A DNA stretch of 64,000 nucleotides, taken from positions 3,782,001 through 3,846,000 of the forward strand of contig OZ024763.1 of the NCBI GenBank assembly GCA_964016885.1, given 5' to 3'. Source of the stretch: Eledone cirrhosa. Taxonomy: Eukaryota. Below are positions 40,535 through 55,371 of this stretch, in pieces. The first letter of the stretch is position 1; every line of letters begins with the position of its first letter. The notes below the pieces were generated by a model. The model worked only from the letters and a program-made list of their open reading frames with translations. It was not told the origin of the DNA and made no database searches. The position numbers and the translations under genes were made by a program.

Positions 40535-40886
40535 CAGTGTAAATGTGCGTGAACGACCCAGCATAAATGTGTTGAGAGAGAAACTGTGTCTGAGAGGGAT
40601 AGAATGTAGTGTATGGGAGAGGAGACTGAGGTGGTATGGACATGTGATGCACATGGAGGATGACTGATGGGTGAAGAAGTGCCAGGAAATGCCAGTTGAA
40701 GGAAGACGTGGTAGAAGTAGACCATGAAAAACATGGGCGGTGGTGGTGAGAACAGACCTCAGATCATTGAAACTCACGGTGGAGATGACGAAGGACCGTG
40801 ACGAGTGGAGAGATGCTGTTCTGAATAAGACCCGTCCCACCCATGCAAGCAGGGAAAAGCGGACGTAAACTGATGATGATGATGAT
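40535..40886 (+). mobile_element. RTE 3' fragment (unit-2 copy ~56005-56360)
   Basis: Near-identical to 9830-10190, with an (ATG)n tail. Confidence 0.85.
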
Positions 40887-40895
40887 ATATATATA

Positions 40896-40964
<69 letters not shown>

Positions 40965-41179
40965 TAGTATTAGTTTAACTTAGAGCCACAAGATCACAGA
41001 GAAAGGTTGTAGTGGTGTAAAGAGGCAGGCAGACAGGCAGCCAACTACACAGACAGACAGACAGATAGCTAATCAGATAGACTGATAGACAAACAGATGG
41101 ACATCTAAGCAGACAAACAAATAGTCAGACAGGCAGACATACAGATATGGCCCTAAAGGAACAAAAGAAATGGAATGAC

Positions 41180-41319
41180 CTGAAAACAATCCAGCTACCA
41201 GTGTTGCTAAAACAGGGGTCTTGAATCTTTCGGACACACTTGAGAGTTGACCAAAGATGATTCGGTCCTCTGCCATGGCATATACCACCCTGGGTAGGGG
41301 AAATATTGAACCAACCATG
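41180..41319 (-). CDS. SLC7 cationic amino-acid transporter fragment, exon A (unit 1)
   Basis: Acceptor tatttcag, weak donor GTCATT, 140 bp. MVGSIFPLPRVVYAMAEDRIIFGQLSSVSERFKTPVLATLVAGLFS matches the CAT motif GSMFP.PR..YAMA.DG..F.......KTP..AT. Confidence 0.85.
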
Positions 41320-41729
41320 CTGAAATATAATGGGGTGGATATATAGAGTAATACAACGGTTGACATACTATATATCCCTTGTATAATGTATTATATGAAT
41401 CGATATATAGTATATATATATATAGATATATTTATTTTTTTATGTGGTCTACCCCTGGTGGTAGGGTCCGTACCGTAGATAGAACTCAATGTAATCTGAT
41501 GGCGAGTAATCCAGTGAAATCCATCGAAAGGTTCCGTGTTCCACTGAGTTAATTCCTTAGATACAGAGTCAGAGATTAGGTATTAATTTAACAATGAAAA
41601 TAAGGAGATGGTCTGATCGAACCTATATATGAAGTCTGATAGTATACAGTAATATAACTGCTATAGATCAGACAATATGATCAACCCTCTGAAATGATTG
41701 TAAAACAATGATAAATAGGTAAAATAACC

Positions 41730-42680
41730 TGACTTGATTTTGGCTTGGTTTCTACGACTGGACATCCTTCCTAACGCCAACCACTTTACAGTATGTACTG
41801 GGTGTTTTTTTCTGCTCACCTACACGACCACTTTACAGTGTGTATTGGGTGTTTTTTTGCTGCTCGCCTACATGACCACTTTATAGTGTGTACTGGGTAT
41901 GTTTTGCTGCTCGCCTACACGACCACTTTACAGTATGTACTGGGTGTTTTTTACTGCTCACATACACGACCACTTTACAGTGTGTACTGGGTATGTTTTG
42001 CTGCTCACCTACATGACCACTTTACAGTGTGTACTGGGTGTGTTTTGCTGCTCGCCGACACGACCACTTTACAGTGTGTACTGGGTGTGTTTTGCTGCTC
42101 GCCTACACGACCACTTTACAGTGTAGACTGGACGCTCACTTTTGTCATGACACCTATATGACCACTACAGTGTGGGCTGGGCTCTTTTGGTGTGACTCCA
42201 GGGGGTGGGGGATCACTTTATAGAGGAGGTGGGAAACTTGGGAGGGGTAGAGAATATGCTTTGGCAAATTGGGGACGTAGGTACAAGAGAGGTTTATGAG
42301 AGGAGAGATGGTAGGGAATGGTGTTGCCAGCTAAGTATAGAGGGCGGGTCTTCTGTAATACTTCACAATACCAGAGGTGACGGTCCTGTGAGGTGTAATT
42401 GTGAAAGGTCAGCTCTTATTACCTCATCCCAAGTTTTCCTAGGCCTGCCTACTCCATGGCTACCACCAACTTTGAGTACTCTGCATCTTTTTATACAGTT
42501 GGCATCCTTTATACGCATCACATATCCTTACCAACACAATCTCCTCTACTTCACACAACATCTGATCCCTCTTATGTCTAATTTATCGCGTATTTCATTA
42601 ATGTTTTGTCATTTGCGTATATTGCTATTACACATCCATCGAAGTATGGAGGCTTCATTTCTGTCCAATCTTCGCAGGTC
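41730..42680 (-). mobile_element. Decayed RTE 3' fragment with a 47-bp tandem expansion in its 3' UTR (unit-2 copy ~57530-58380)
   Basis: Minus-strand RL.RNEAS.LRWMCN..GRPRKTWDE motifs; repeat unit ACCACTTTACAGTGTGTACTGGGTGTGTTTTGCTGCTCGCCTACACG. Confidence 0.8.
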
Positions 42681-42690
42681 CTATTTGTTC

Positions 42691-43016
42691 GCAATATTAG
42701 GACAACATGACCCTCCCCAAATATAACATTAAGTTTAGAATATTCGTAACTTGTGTGTGTCTACGTTTAATTAAGACATTGCCTTGTTTACTGCTATCGT
42801 CACACATTAAAATATGGCTGTGATTGTCTTTGCTTTCGTCTGTTTGTTTTAAATCATTTAATACTGTTTGTTTTTCTTCAAATATTGTTTACTTTTTATA
42901 AAACTAAATTTAGATTAACGGCGTTATTTGTTTTGAAGGTTTTTTTTTAAATATGAAATCGTGTGTTGAAAGAGATATTGTTATATTCGGGAAAGGTCAT
43001 GTTGTCCTCATATTGC
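42691..43016. mobile_element. MITE with ~38-bp TIRs (unit-2 copy 58391-58716)
   Basis: GCAATATTAGGACAACATGACCCTCCCCAAATATAACA ... TGTTATATTCGGGAAAGGTCATGTTGTCCTCATATTGC. Confidence 0.75.
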
Positions 43017-43861
43017 CCCCAAAATATATCAATAAGTTTATATTATTCGTAATTCGTCCGTGTGTCTACGTTTCATTAAGACACCGCTTTATTTACTGGT
43101 GTTGACACTTTTGTTGTAAACAGGTTAAATTTGATATATTAACACATCAGACATTTTTCTTCAAAATTTGGTTTGTCTTATATTCCAAATATTACTGCTA
43201 GATGTCTCTGTAAAGGTTCCATTTCAATCAATTTCTAATTTCAATTGTATACTGTTGAAGATGAAGTCATTTGTCCTTATAATCACCAGCTTGTCTCAAA
43301 TTAATTCATTTTGTTGCTTCCTTCATTCCACGTTCTATATTAATTTAGGATTTTGTTCTAATGTAATAACATTTTTATTTTCAAAGACTTACATTCTGTT
43401 TGATTCTTTCTCGTGTGTATTTTTATCTGTTGTATAAAAAATGTATGTGAAGGGGAAAAAAAATAACACGACTTTCTTTAACCGCTGCACAAAGCTAACT
43501 GACGGTGTTTAGTAAGACTGGTAAGTACTCGACAGTGGTAAACATCATTTATATACCGTGTAAATCGGAGAGATGAACCAAACCTGGATATATTACTCTT
43601 TTTTCCCCCAACATTTTCCGAGGCCCTGTCCTTCATGATTCAGCAGTGAGACAGTGACAGGGTTTCAAGCGCTACCAACAATTGCAATAGGCTATATTTA
43701 ACAAGAAACTGTTATGTCGTGGTTATTGCTATAATGTGTAGTGTGTGTTTCCATCTTTAGCTGGGATTGTAGAATTACTTTTATTTAATTGTTAACAGAG
43801 ATATGATGTATATAGCGTTGTTGTACGTTTAAATCATACAGACACACTTACTTACGTATGT

Positions 43862-43940
<79 letters not shown>

Positions 43941-44045
43941 AAGAGAGAGAAATGATTGCGGGATGACAGAATTGGGGAGAAATATTTGCTGAGCACATCA
44001 CTGTAGCATCAATTCTACAACACACACGTATATATTTAGGGGCAC

Positions 44046-44720
44046 GGCAGATCAGATTGTTGTGAAATCAAGGAAATCAACCCTTAAAAGATGACAAATT
44101 GAATCGAGTTATGTTTTATCAAAGCCCCAGATAATTAAAACCCAATGTTGGCCCCTTTTGTAGTATGAATTAGACGGAGAATGCCATGAACATCATCACG
44201 TAATTTTTGCTTTGAAATAGAAAGTAGGTTTATAAATATTAATTGTCAGTATGTATTTGAAGTTGTCTCGGTAGCCTAGTGGTATCAGGGACGGTGGAGA
44301 TCCTGGTCTGGAGTTCAATCTCGGGTAAGATCTACACTGAACATTTTAATTTTTTGTCTCATAAGATAAAAAAAATATTAACAATTAATAACATCCTCTA
44401 AATGTAGTTGTGGACCAAGCTTGAACCCCCGGCCAAGTTTCCCACCATCTCTTATATTTACCACTACGCCACCAAGGCGCTTTTAAAAACCGACTACATA
44501 TTATTATATATAAACCTACTTTCTGTTTCGAAGCGAAATTGATGTGGTGGCCTTCATGGCTTTCCCGTCTCTGTTAGTCTCGCAACAAAGGGGTCGACCA
44601 TGTCTTTCATCCCACCGGAACTTTGATAAATTATAACTTGCTTTTGTTATTCATAGCTCTAGGGTTTATTTGAACCTACATTGACTATCTGCAATAATCT
44701 CTACTAACTTCAAATCTGCC
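44046..44720. repeat. Old, imperfect palindrome with two convergent tRNA-derived cassettes (unit-2 copy ~59763-60438)
   Basis: Ends GGCAGAT...ATCTGCC. Both arms carry AAAGTAGGTTTATA(A/T)ATA upstream of an A-box (TAGCCTAGTGG / TGGCGTAGTGG) and a B-box (GAGTTCAATCT / GGTTCAAGCT). The centre TAAGATAAAA resembles that of the 32-kb palindrome. Confidence 0.75.
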
Positions 44721-47014
44721 ATACCTAAGTATTGTGTGGGAGAAAGATTTGAACTTGATGCGACGTTCTCGTAAATTGATAAACCTGATTCCTATATAAT
44801 ATAATAGACATATAATTATAATATGTATATAATTGTAATGAAAAATAACTTATTAAACAAACTTTAATTATATTTAAAAACAATAACAAAAACAAATGAA
44901 TGAAAGTAAGGAATTATTTTTATTTAGTAATTATATTTTTATTGTTTGTTTTACTGCATTAACTGCTGAATGTGTCTTTTATTTTTGTTTTTTCTTACCA
45001 TTTACCATGGCTGCAACGAAACTGGATTATTATCAAGGATTACTAGATGATGGCATTTCTTTATTGTACTATTTTTCAAAACAATGGACATCGAGACATT
45101 TGTCAAAATACCTAGGATAAAGGTAACGTCTGTCTGTATGCAACATTTCATTTTTAAATTCTTGTGTTCTTATGGGTTAAATTTAAGCCGCCCAGAACAG
45201 CAATGCCAGAACCAATAATCAAGGCAGGGAGTCAGTATCGAAAGTAACCATATTCAGGAGGTACGAATAATCTAAAAAGAATTTTTTTTAATAAGTTAAA
45301 CAATGTTCTTAAAAAAAAAAAAGAAACGATTAAAGTTTCATTATTGCTGAACAGACCTCCATAGCATCAAATCTACAACACTCACACACAAAAAGATTTG
45401 AATCAAACACTCTAATGTAAAGACAATCGTAGCCACAATTTAATGTCTGACAACATTTCACGATATAAATAAAGCCACATAAGTAGAGTTTAATGATTCA
45501 CAATTTATTTGCTCATATCTATTTTAATCATACATATGCTGCAGATATATATTTTCAATGGTTTACGTTTACATTATGATTTTGTTGAAAGTTTCTGATG
45601 TATTTAGTGTCTTAGAGTTACGTCCCTTAGTGTCTTCGCGGCGTGGAGTTGTCCTTTTAAATTCTGAGTTCAAATCCCGCCGAGGTTAGCTTTGCTTTTC
45701 ATCTTTAAGCAATCCATAAAATAAAGTACCAGTAACGCACTGGGGTCGATTTAATCGACTTCCCTTCCCCCCCAAAAAAAATTGCTGGCCTTGTGTCTAT
45801 TGTAGAAATCAATATTTCTTATAAGCAGCCAAATAGATTTACACTTTCTTTTGGAATAATGTATTAACATTTACAAGTTTATTCAGAATTCGTAGTTATA
45901 GAAATGACATTATTTCGTGTAATCAACGTTAGTTCAATGAGATATGAACTTGTGTAGGTAACCTGGAACCCATATGTAACCGCTCGACTTGCTCACAAGG
46001 ACGACCCAAAAGAACACACAGATGTGTATGAGTTATGTATAACTATACTAGATATAGACGTCAACAGGGAGACTGTACATGGCCAATTGTAAGTTCGAAT
46101 CAACTATAAACCGATGAGGAATATTGAAAAACTTTAAATAAAACACAAATGTGTGTGTGTGTGTGTGTGTTAAGTATCCCCCTCTCTCACACTTCTTAAT
46201 GTGACGAGTTGATCTTTTTATATGGTCGTATAGTTTGAGTACTCTTGACTTACACACACACATATATATATATATACACATAGGAGAAAGTGGTCATACT
46301 TTCTCCTATTACCGACTCTGTTACCCTAAGTATTGAGTACTCTGGTGCGATATGGTCCATCTGGTTCTTTACCACAACTCCTTCGTTATATATATTTATA
46401 CATATATATGAATGACGCATGGCAAATTTAATTTACGATACATTAGTGCCGTACTGCCAATCCCGTTGTTGTGGCATCGAATAAACACTAAACTGTTAAG
46501 AAGAAAGTTTGAAGAAGAAAGTATTTATGAAGCATCTGTAACTACATATTGTATGTTCAAATATTCGAAGTTGAAATCACCGTTAGTTCAATGAGATATG
46601 AACTTGTGTAGGTAACATGGAACCCATATGTAACCGGTCGACTTGCTCACAAGAACGACCAAATAAAACAGATAAATGTGTGTGTGTGTGTTATGTATTT
46701 ATATACTAGATATCCACGTCAACAGGAAGACTGTAGATGGCCAATTGAAAGTTCGAATCAACTATAAACCGATGAGGAGTTTTGAAAAACTTTAAATAAA
46801 ACACATAAATGTGTGTGTGTGTGTTATATATAACTATACTAGATATAGACGTCAACAGGAAGACTGTAGATGGCGAATTGTAAGTTAGAATCAACTATAA
46901 ACGGATGAGGAGTTTTGAAAAACTTTAAATAAAACACATAAATGTGTGTGTGTATGTGTGTTATGTATATAAGATATGGGAAGCCCCCTACGTTGTCGGT
47001 CGACTTGCTCCAAA

Positions 47015-47980
47015 GACTGCTATTTCTAGCAGGTTTACTGCTGTCCTGTAGACGCACAAGAAAAACTGGAAGTGGCAGCCATTAAAAAACTTTGGCTTAA
47101 AATCAGGCAAAAGTTTTTAAACAATAGAAAATTTAATGTAAACAAACCAGGGTGTTTTTGCCAAGAAAGATAACTCTTGTCTTACTTAATGGCAAAAATC
47201 GAGACAAAAATTTTGTGTGTGTGTCTGTGTGTTATGTTTACAAGATATAGACGCCATTTTGAAACCCCTACGTGGTCGGTCGACTTACTCGAAATAGTAG
47301 TCAAAGAGAGGAGATTTTTTTTCACCCGATACAAAAAGTAGGTTTATAAATATTAATTTTCACTATTTTTTTAAGGCGGTCTCGTTGGCCGAGTGGTACG
47401 GTGCGTTGAGTCTGCTGAGATACTGGTCGGGGGTTCGATTCCGGCCAACGTCTACACATAGGGGGTCTTATTAAACTTTTTCAGTTTTTATACTAAGAGA
47501 TAAAATAAAAACTGAAAAAGTTTAATAAGACCCCCTATGTGTAGACGTTGGCCGGAATCGAACCCCCGACCAGTATCTCAGCAGACTCAACGCACCGTAC
47601 CACTCGGCCAACGAGACCGCCTTAAAAATATAGTGAAAATTAATATTTATAAACCTACCTTTTGTATCGGGTGAAAAAAATCTCCTCTCTTTGACTACTA
47701 TTTCGAGTAAGTCAACCAACCACGTACGGGTTTCAAAGTGGCGTCTAAAAATTGTAAACATAACACACAGACACACACACAAAATTTTTGTCTCGATTTT
47801 TGCCATTAAGTAAGACAAGAGTTATCTTTATTGGCAAAAACACCCTGGTTTGTTTACATTAAATTTTCTATTGTTTAAAAACTTTTGCCTGATTTTAAGC
47901 CAAAGTTTTTTAATGGCTGCTTCTTCCGGTTTTTCTTGTGTGTCTACAGGACAGCAGTAAACCTGCTAGAAATAGCAGTC
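47015..47980. repeat. Near-perfect palindrome, copy 2 (arms 47015-47491 / 47505-47980)
   Basis: Same loop and convergent tRNA-like cassettes as copy 1. Confidence 0.97.
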
Positions 47981-48434
47981 ATAGCAACTCACTCACATAT
48001 ATTTATTTATGAGGGATTCTCAACCAGGGGTGCACACCCCACGGGGAACAATCTGAATATAATAGGGGTCAATTTGAAAGTGATATTATACGACCTAACC
48101 TCCTGTTACACTTCGTCTACACATGCTATCGTGTATCTGGCAGCAACTAAGAGAAGTTTGTTTACACTTTGCGGTTTGCTTTGATCATCGCTGCATCGCA
48201 GCTTTGTTTAAATAAAGGGTTTCTACTTTATATTACAGTAATAACACTTTTACAAGACTCGGATTGTTTTTATATTAAAGGGGGACATAAACATATTTTA
48301 AATGTTGAGGTGGGGCATGGTGCAGAGAAGGTTTTGAACCACTGATATATATTTATTTATGCCCTTCTTTCTGTTGTTTTTTAAACTCTGAACTCAGCAT
48401 TTTTCTATTGTTCTCCGGGATTCTAGCATGTATG

Positions 48435-48476
<42 letters not shown>

Positions 48477-50572
48477 GTCAACCTCACTTGGCACAGACTC
48501 GAAAAAGCCGCCGCTAATCGTAATCGTTAGGGTTATAATTAGACTAAAGTGCTTCCACTGGACACCATTAGCTGGTTGTGATCATTGGAGAATTCTTACT
48601 GCACTGAAAGAGCCTAGGACTAAAAGATATATATATAGATGTCGAAACGGCACTAGCACAGCCGTTGGGGTCCTGAATATTTTCACATATATATATGTGT
48701 GTGTATTCTGCGACATTTATAATTACATAAGTAAACATATTTGAATGAAAATATTTGAGCTTTAAATACTTTATTTTTTACCAATAACATTAAGAAAGGC
48801 ATGAACAACACCACATGTTAATTACTTTAATATTGAAAGTAGGCTTATAAATATTAAATTCAGCAGATTTTTGTAGCCTTCATGATTGTCTGGTGGGAGA
48901 TTCCAGAGATGGTGGAGGTCCTGGTTTGGGGCTCAATTCTGGTTATGGGTTACATATAGGGTTTCATGCTTTTTTTTTTCTTTTTTTTTCTCAGCTCTAG
49001 ATATAAATATATATATAAGGTAATTTGGTAGAATTGTTAGAACATCAGATAGAATTCTTTGCAGTATTTTTTCCAGTTCTTTCTACCCATTCGGGGTCGA
49101 TAAGTCTTGAATATGTCTAACGTAGCAATAACTGGAGCTACTTAACCAAGTTTTCCCAACCTAGTCGATATCACCTACTGGTTGGCGATTTAAACTGTTG
49201 GCTGGGACAATCACCAACTAGTCAGTAAGATTCAAACTCACTATGTTTGGCGATATATAGTCATAATTTGTTTCAAACTTCGATCGCGGTTTCAAAACAA
49301 GCTTGCTTTCATATATGTGTGCGTGTATGTTCTGCGGCATTTATATTTACAATCATATAAATAGGTATCTATCTATTTAAATTTAAATTAAAATTAAAAT
49401 ACTTTATATTTGAATGAAGTTCTGTAAGTAACCTGGTGGCTTAGTTGGCAAGACTGCTCAAATATGTGGCTTCTATTATGAAGTTATAAGTTCATTCCCT
49501 ACCCAGGATTGTAGAATTAATTTTATTTAGTTATTATTTAATCAATTATTTTAACAAACAAATTATATCTATAAAACGCCAAATATAGTGAGTTCAAACC
49601 TGACTGATATGCATGGTATATGTTTATCTTTCATTATACAGCAACACAATACACAGGAACTTATAAAGTTATATATATATTGTCCAGGAGTTTCGAGTTT
49701 AGTGGGAATTGGTACAACTCTCAATTGGAGCTAGTCTCTGCAAGATAACACCCGATAGTTTATACATGATTATTTAAAGGTTGAACAAAAACCAAAGAAC
49801 ATTGAGCAGCGTTTTTCAACCTTTTTACCCATGTCGATCCCTTGAAATAGTTTTTATGTCTTGGTTCCCAAATCGTGTGCTGCAAGATGAAACAAGATGA
49901 GCTGCAAAAGACTACGATTAAGTTTTAAGATGTGAAAAATATAAAACTGAAATTTCATATAAAAGTTCAAATATCGTTACAGCCACAAACCTAGGCTCCA
50001 CACCCCGCAATGCAGAGGCGAGTAAGATAGTACCGAGGCCTGACTCACCTCTTCCACTCCATTGAGACTTCTGCCATACTTGGTCTCCATACTGCTGATT
50101 TCCTCCATAAAGTCGGGAGGAAAGACGGCAGGAGCCTCGTGAGGAGGGGCGACTATTGTAGCAGGTGTCTCTGGCCTTGCTCCGAGGTAACGCTTTTACG
50201 TTTCTTCCACTGGTTGCGTCTGAGGGACCACTTAGACTGGGGTGAAGTGTCTGTCCCTCCCCCGACTTCTTACTTCTTTTTTTTTCTCCTTTTCATTTTC
50301 TTCTCTCTTCTTGCTTATCTCTGCTATACCACGGCATCAAAAACATATATGGTATATGTATGTATGGTATAGGTGTATTTATATTTAGGATAGTTATCGA
50401 AGGTAAATAGACTGGTTGGAAGAATAACAGTCTTGTTTATGTATATACATATATATATATATATATATGTTTGTGCTTGTATTTCCGTAGAAAAGGTAAA
50501 GAAAAGAAGAGTGCTCTATGTATTGTACAGAGCTATTTAATTACATAATAAACAACAGAATATAATTATTCC

Positions 50573-52358
50573 ATGCAAATAGACTTAGAATGGAAAACAT
50601 TGAGACAGAGAAGAATGGATAATGAGCGTCGTAGGAGAAATTGCCCAGCAATTCATATTTATGGAAATGTAGAAGAATTTCATATTAGTGATATGAATGT
50701 TTCGTGTGATCACTGTGGAGCTTTGAGATTTAGAAATGAAAATTGTAACTGTTGTAATAAAGGAAAGGTTGTGTTGCCTCCATTGCAAATATACCCTGAG
50801 AGATTGAGAAATCTCTTTGAAAGGGACCAGGAAGCAGTTGATTTCACAGAAACATCTGCAATTAAAACTACATTTCTTTCACTTCATTTGGTGTTAAACT
50901 TGCCTTACCACCCGGCAGAGGCCCGTATAGCTTTCATATTCAGGGTCAAACATATCACTACACCCCACCTCTGTAACCTGCAGAAAATACACTACAATAT
51001 GGCCAGTTATATATTATTGATGGGAATGAAGCTGTGTAGCACAGATTGGAAGTAGCACCAAATAATTGTTTCTGGCACAAGGCCAGCAATTACCCCAGTG
51101 TATTACTGGTACTTTATTCTATCGACCTCATAAGGATGAAAACTAAGTCAACCTTGGAGGGATTTGAACCCAGAACGTAAAGGGCCATAACCCTATGCTG
51201 CAAAGCATGGTGTCTGACACTCTACCGATACTGCCAATCCACCGCCCTAGTACCAACAAATAATGACTGCTCACCACAAAAAATGACTATGATAAGAGAG
51301 GTGTTGCATGAATGTATTCCATATGTCGAAGTGTACAATACAATGCATGGCATCAAACAGCAAAGAGCAAGAAGAGAAAATTGTTGTGTACGGAACTGTG
51401 AATTAAGATTTAGAAGAGGATCAGATATGAACTGCTATAATTTACCTAATGATAGGTGTTGTTTTGTGGGGATTGAGGGCACACCACCTATACAAAGAGA
51501 TATTATCATCTTTCCTAAAGACATCCTCCTCAGAAAATACCACATAATTCAAGCCACTTGGACCTCATGACCGACTCATAATGGTGAATTTTGGTGGCAT
51601 AGTGACATGGAGAGGAATGCAGGACCTGTGTTTGCAATAGACTGACAATGCAGGAGTATTACATATACTGTATAGATTATAGAGGAGGATTTAGTGCGAT
51701 ATATAGGGCAGGCAAGTTATTTTAGCAGTATTTAGTGGATGCCTATATGAAAGTAGAGGGATGCAGGCTTCAATATTTGAGGAACAATCAAGCCCAATTG
51801 TGAGTGGATGAGTATAATGGTTTAATGAATTATCTAAACAGATGATAACACTGAGCCTTAAGAAATGAAGACAAGATAAGAAACAGAGAAGACATTGACA
51901 GAATTGTGTCAGCAGAAATACCTGCATTGGAAGATGATCCAGTACTACATGAGCAGGTTTAAAAGTTTATGATCCATGGGCCATGTGGTTCTGGAAACCC
52001 TTTTTCCCCATTTATACAAAATGGATTTTTCCAAAAGAACTATCCAAAAACCTACAGAAGGAAAACATTATTGAACCTAAATGGATACCCAGAGTACATG
52101 AGGTGCAAGACAGGAACTGCAGTGTAAATTGGATGACATTCAGTAGATAACAGGAATGTTGTGTCATTTAATGCCTTTTTGCTTAAGAAATATTGTGCAC
52201 ATATTAATGTTCAAGTTTGCCCTTCTGTAAAAAGTGTCAAATACCTCTTTAAATATGTTACATAGGGCATGATTGTACATCTATAGAAGTAATGAATAAT
52301 GCATTACCTAATGAGGCTCAGAACCAACACAACCATGATGAAATAAGAACCTACCTTT
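50573..52358 (+). pseudogene. Helitron RepHel remnant, unit-2 copy, truncated before the helicase part
   Basis: Near-identical to 35409-37185, breaking after NHDEIRTYL. Confidence 0.9.
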
Positions 52359-54075
52359 GAGGAGTTTGGCCCCCTCAGCCCGACGTGCAGCAGAACCTGG
52401 GTCAGTCGTAGACTACACCAGGTTGCGGCTGCAGAAGGTGTCGGTGCAAGTGGCATCCCACACGAGGGGTTTGCTGTATACTACCAGTAATATGTACAGT
52501 GTATATACACTATAATTAGTAAAAAATACACATTATTTTCCTGCAAAAATTTGATTGCAATGTTTTGTTTTCACTGATGTATTTTTTGAAAATGTTATTT
52601 ATTCATTATTAAAATTAAATGATAGCATTCTATATGTGGGTGGGTCCCCTTTATCTCCTGGCAACCAATATTTTTAGACCCAGTCTGCCACTATATATAT
52701 ATATATGACGTATAGGCACCAAGGAAAAAAAGCACCCAACACTCACTGTAAATGAGGTTGGTGTTTGAAGGGCATCCAGCTGTAGAATTCAAGCCAGAAT
52801 CAGTTCCCGTATGAACAAGGCATGGTCAGCCGACCGGACACTGCCCACAACAGGACAACCCATCTATCCCATGCTAGCGTGGAAGAACGGACGTAAAATG
52901 GTGATGATGATTTATATATATTGAGCTTGTTTATCAAGAAACACAAAATTCTAACATATTTGATGTTTTGAATCATTACATTTGTATATAACAGCTCCAA
53001 ATCTCTTGTTGGGATGGGGTGACTATAATTTCCACACCTATCTCTAGTGGAAAGAATGCAGGGAAAAGCAGACGTAAAATGATGATGATGACACCATGTG
53101 GTCTTCAACATGGTGGTTACGTTAGCAGTCTCTATGGATATTGGCAAGTATATTGTATTTTGATTCTATATTTCTCTTAGAATTCTGAGACTATAACCTC
53201 TGATGATAATTCTGAGTCTCCTGTGGTTTAATTATAATTGATAGTTTGTCTTCGATGATCGATTACATAGATTGATTTTCAACCACACTCTACAGAATAT
53301 GAAATAGTACTATAAGGTCTCTCTAATGACTCCACCGTAAGTACATATTCCTATCTGAAATATATATTTAGTACATATACAATATACTATGTTTCCTCTA
53401 AGGTATATGGCTCTTTCTCTCTATATATACATATATATTTTTCATTTGATTTATTATGGCTCTGGATAATGATAATAATAATAATAAAAGATCAATCTGA
53501 TTAGTTTCAATTTTTATTAACGACTCATCAGCTGTCAAGGAAAAAGTGTGTGTGTGTGGGGGGGGGGGGGGCAGAGAGGAATGGTGCTTCCTTAATCAGC
53601 TTTTCATGGGAATGAGGCTGGGGTATATAGCATTTACTCCTTCCCTATCAGACTCTCATGGACATTAGAGTAGTGAAGGGCATACTAACCCATACTGGGG
53701 TCACCAAGGCTTTTAGATATTTTAGGAGCTGTCTGGCATTTCAATCATTCTCCCCCCACCAAAAAAAAAAAAAAATAATCATAATGTTCTACATGTGAAT
53801 GGAGTTTCACTGGAGCAGAAAGAGAAGTTCAAGTACCTCGGGGCTGTGTTCATGAGTGATGGAAGGAAGGAGGCTGAATTTAGTACAAGTATTGCACTTA
53901 TTAGAATATGTGTATGTCTATTGTTGTTATACAGTTATACAAGATTTTTGTGATCCACAAAATCTACAAAATCAAGGCAGATCCAGAAAGATTTACAAAA
54001 ATTCCACAAAAATCCTACAAAAACCTCGCCAAATCCCACAACAATTCCACAAATCTGAGAAATCTGTCAACTTAC

Positions 54076-54144
54076 TTGAAATCCCCATTATCACCTTCTG
54101 GTTTTATGTCAGTTTCCTCACCTTTGAAAGCCTTGACTTTATAT
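54076..54144 (-). CDS. SLC7 fragment, exon C (unit 2)
   Basis: Same 69-bp exon and splice sites as 38820-38888. Confidence 0.65.
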
Positions 54145-55371
54145 CTAAAACTCCAGAAAACAAAACAAGAGACACAAAGAAACAAGAAAATATAATGAAC
54201 AAGAGAAAACAAGATCTTCACCTCCTCTAATGATTTAGTCAGAAAATATCTATAAAGAGGTTTGTTAATTCGAATGTTTACAGCAGAGGTTCTCAAAATG
54301 GGCACTAAGTGGGGACATTGAGAAGGTCTGAGTGGACGCTGGGGCCTACAGTGGCGGTAGATATGATATAATAGTATATTAAATATCAAATGATACATAT
54401 TATATATAAATATAGTAAAATATAAAATATATAATATCTATTTATACATAGTATATATTATATTATATTATTATATATAAATTAACGATTTCATTTATTA
54501 TATATTATTTACAATTTGTGTGTAGGTAAGTCTCTGTAAATATGGTTGGGGACATGCTGAGTGTATTACATGACCGTGAGGGGGCGGGGTAGTGGCCCAA
54601 ACAGTTTGACAACCTCTGGTTTACACTATCTTTACTAGTGGATAGATCATTGTGAATATTTGCAGTGATAGAATAAAGACTTTAATATTTAATGTCATGC
54701 TATCATAATACTGTTTTCTACTTTTTAAGAATGTCTTGCTAATGGGTTTATGTGGTTTGTTAATTCAAATGTTTATAGCATCTTTACTAGGGTACAGATC
54801 ATTGCGAACATTTGTAGTATAAAAGTAAAAACTTCAATATTTATTAATGTGATACAGTAATAATGTTGTTTTATATGTTTAAGCAATATTTTGCTAATGT
54901 GGTTTCATGTGGGACAGGACGTTAAGAGCCAATCTATCTCTATATTACTAAATGTCTGTGATTGCTTGCTGTGATTGCAGTAGGTGATAAGAAAGCGGAA
55001 GTAACAGTAGTAACAGTGGCAAAAAGAAAGGGAGGCGACAGTGGAAAATACAAAAATAGATAGAGTGAAGGAGAGAAAAAGAGACAAAATAAGTAGATAG
55101 ATAAAAATGTAAAGTATTGTAGGAAGCTGATGATTCAGATGATGCTAAAGTTCCATTTTCTTGTTAGTTTACTCTCTCGGAGAATAAATGATGTACGAAT
55201 GTGACAAGTAGAGAGATGCTGTGCTTAAAAGTACCCATCTAACCCATGCAAGCGTGGAAAGACATACACAAAAATGATGAGGACGATGATGATATATGTA
55301 TATGTATGTATATATATATGAGACCATACATACATACATATATACCTATATACATATATAGATATACTCAC

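Larger units (their letters stand above)
30380..46200. repeat. Large tandem duplication, unit 1 (period ~15.1-15.4 kb)
   Basis: Collinear near-identity with unit 2: palindrome 31885 vs 47015, Helitron 35409 vs 50573, SLC7 exon 41180 vs 56958. Confidence 0.95.

Noticed and set aside
44896-45120. Short ORF MAATKLDYYQGLL... conserved in both units
   Set aside because: Conservation is explained by the recent duplication; there is no recognisable homology or convincing exon structure.
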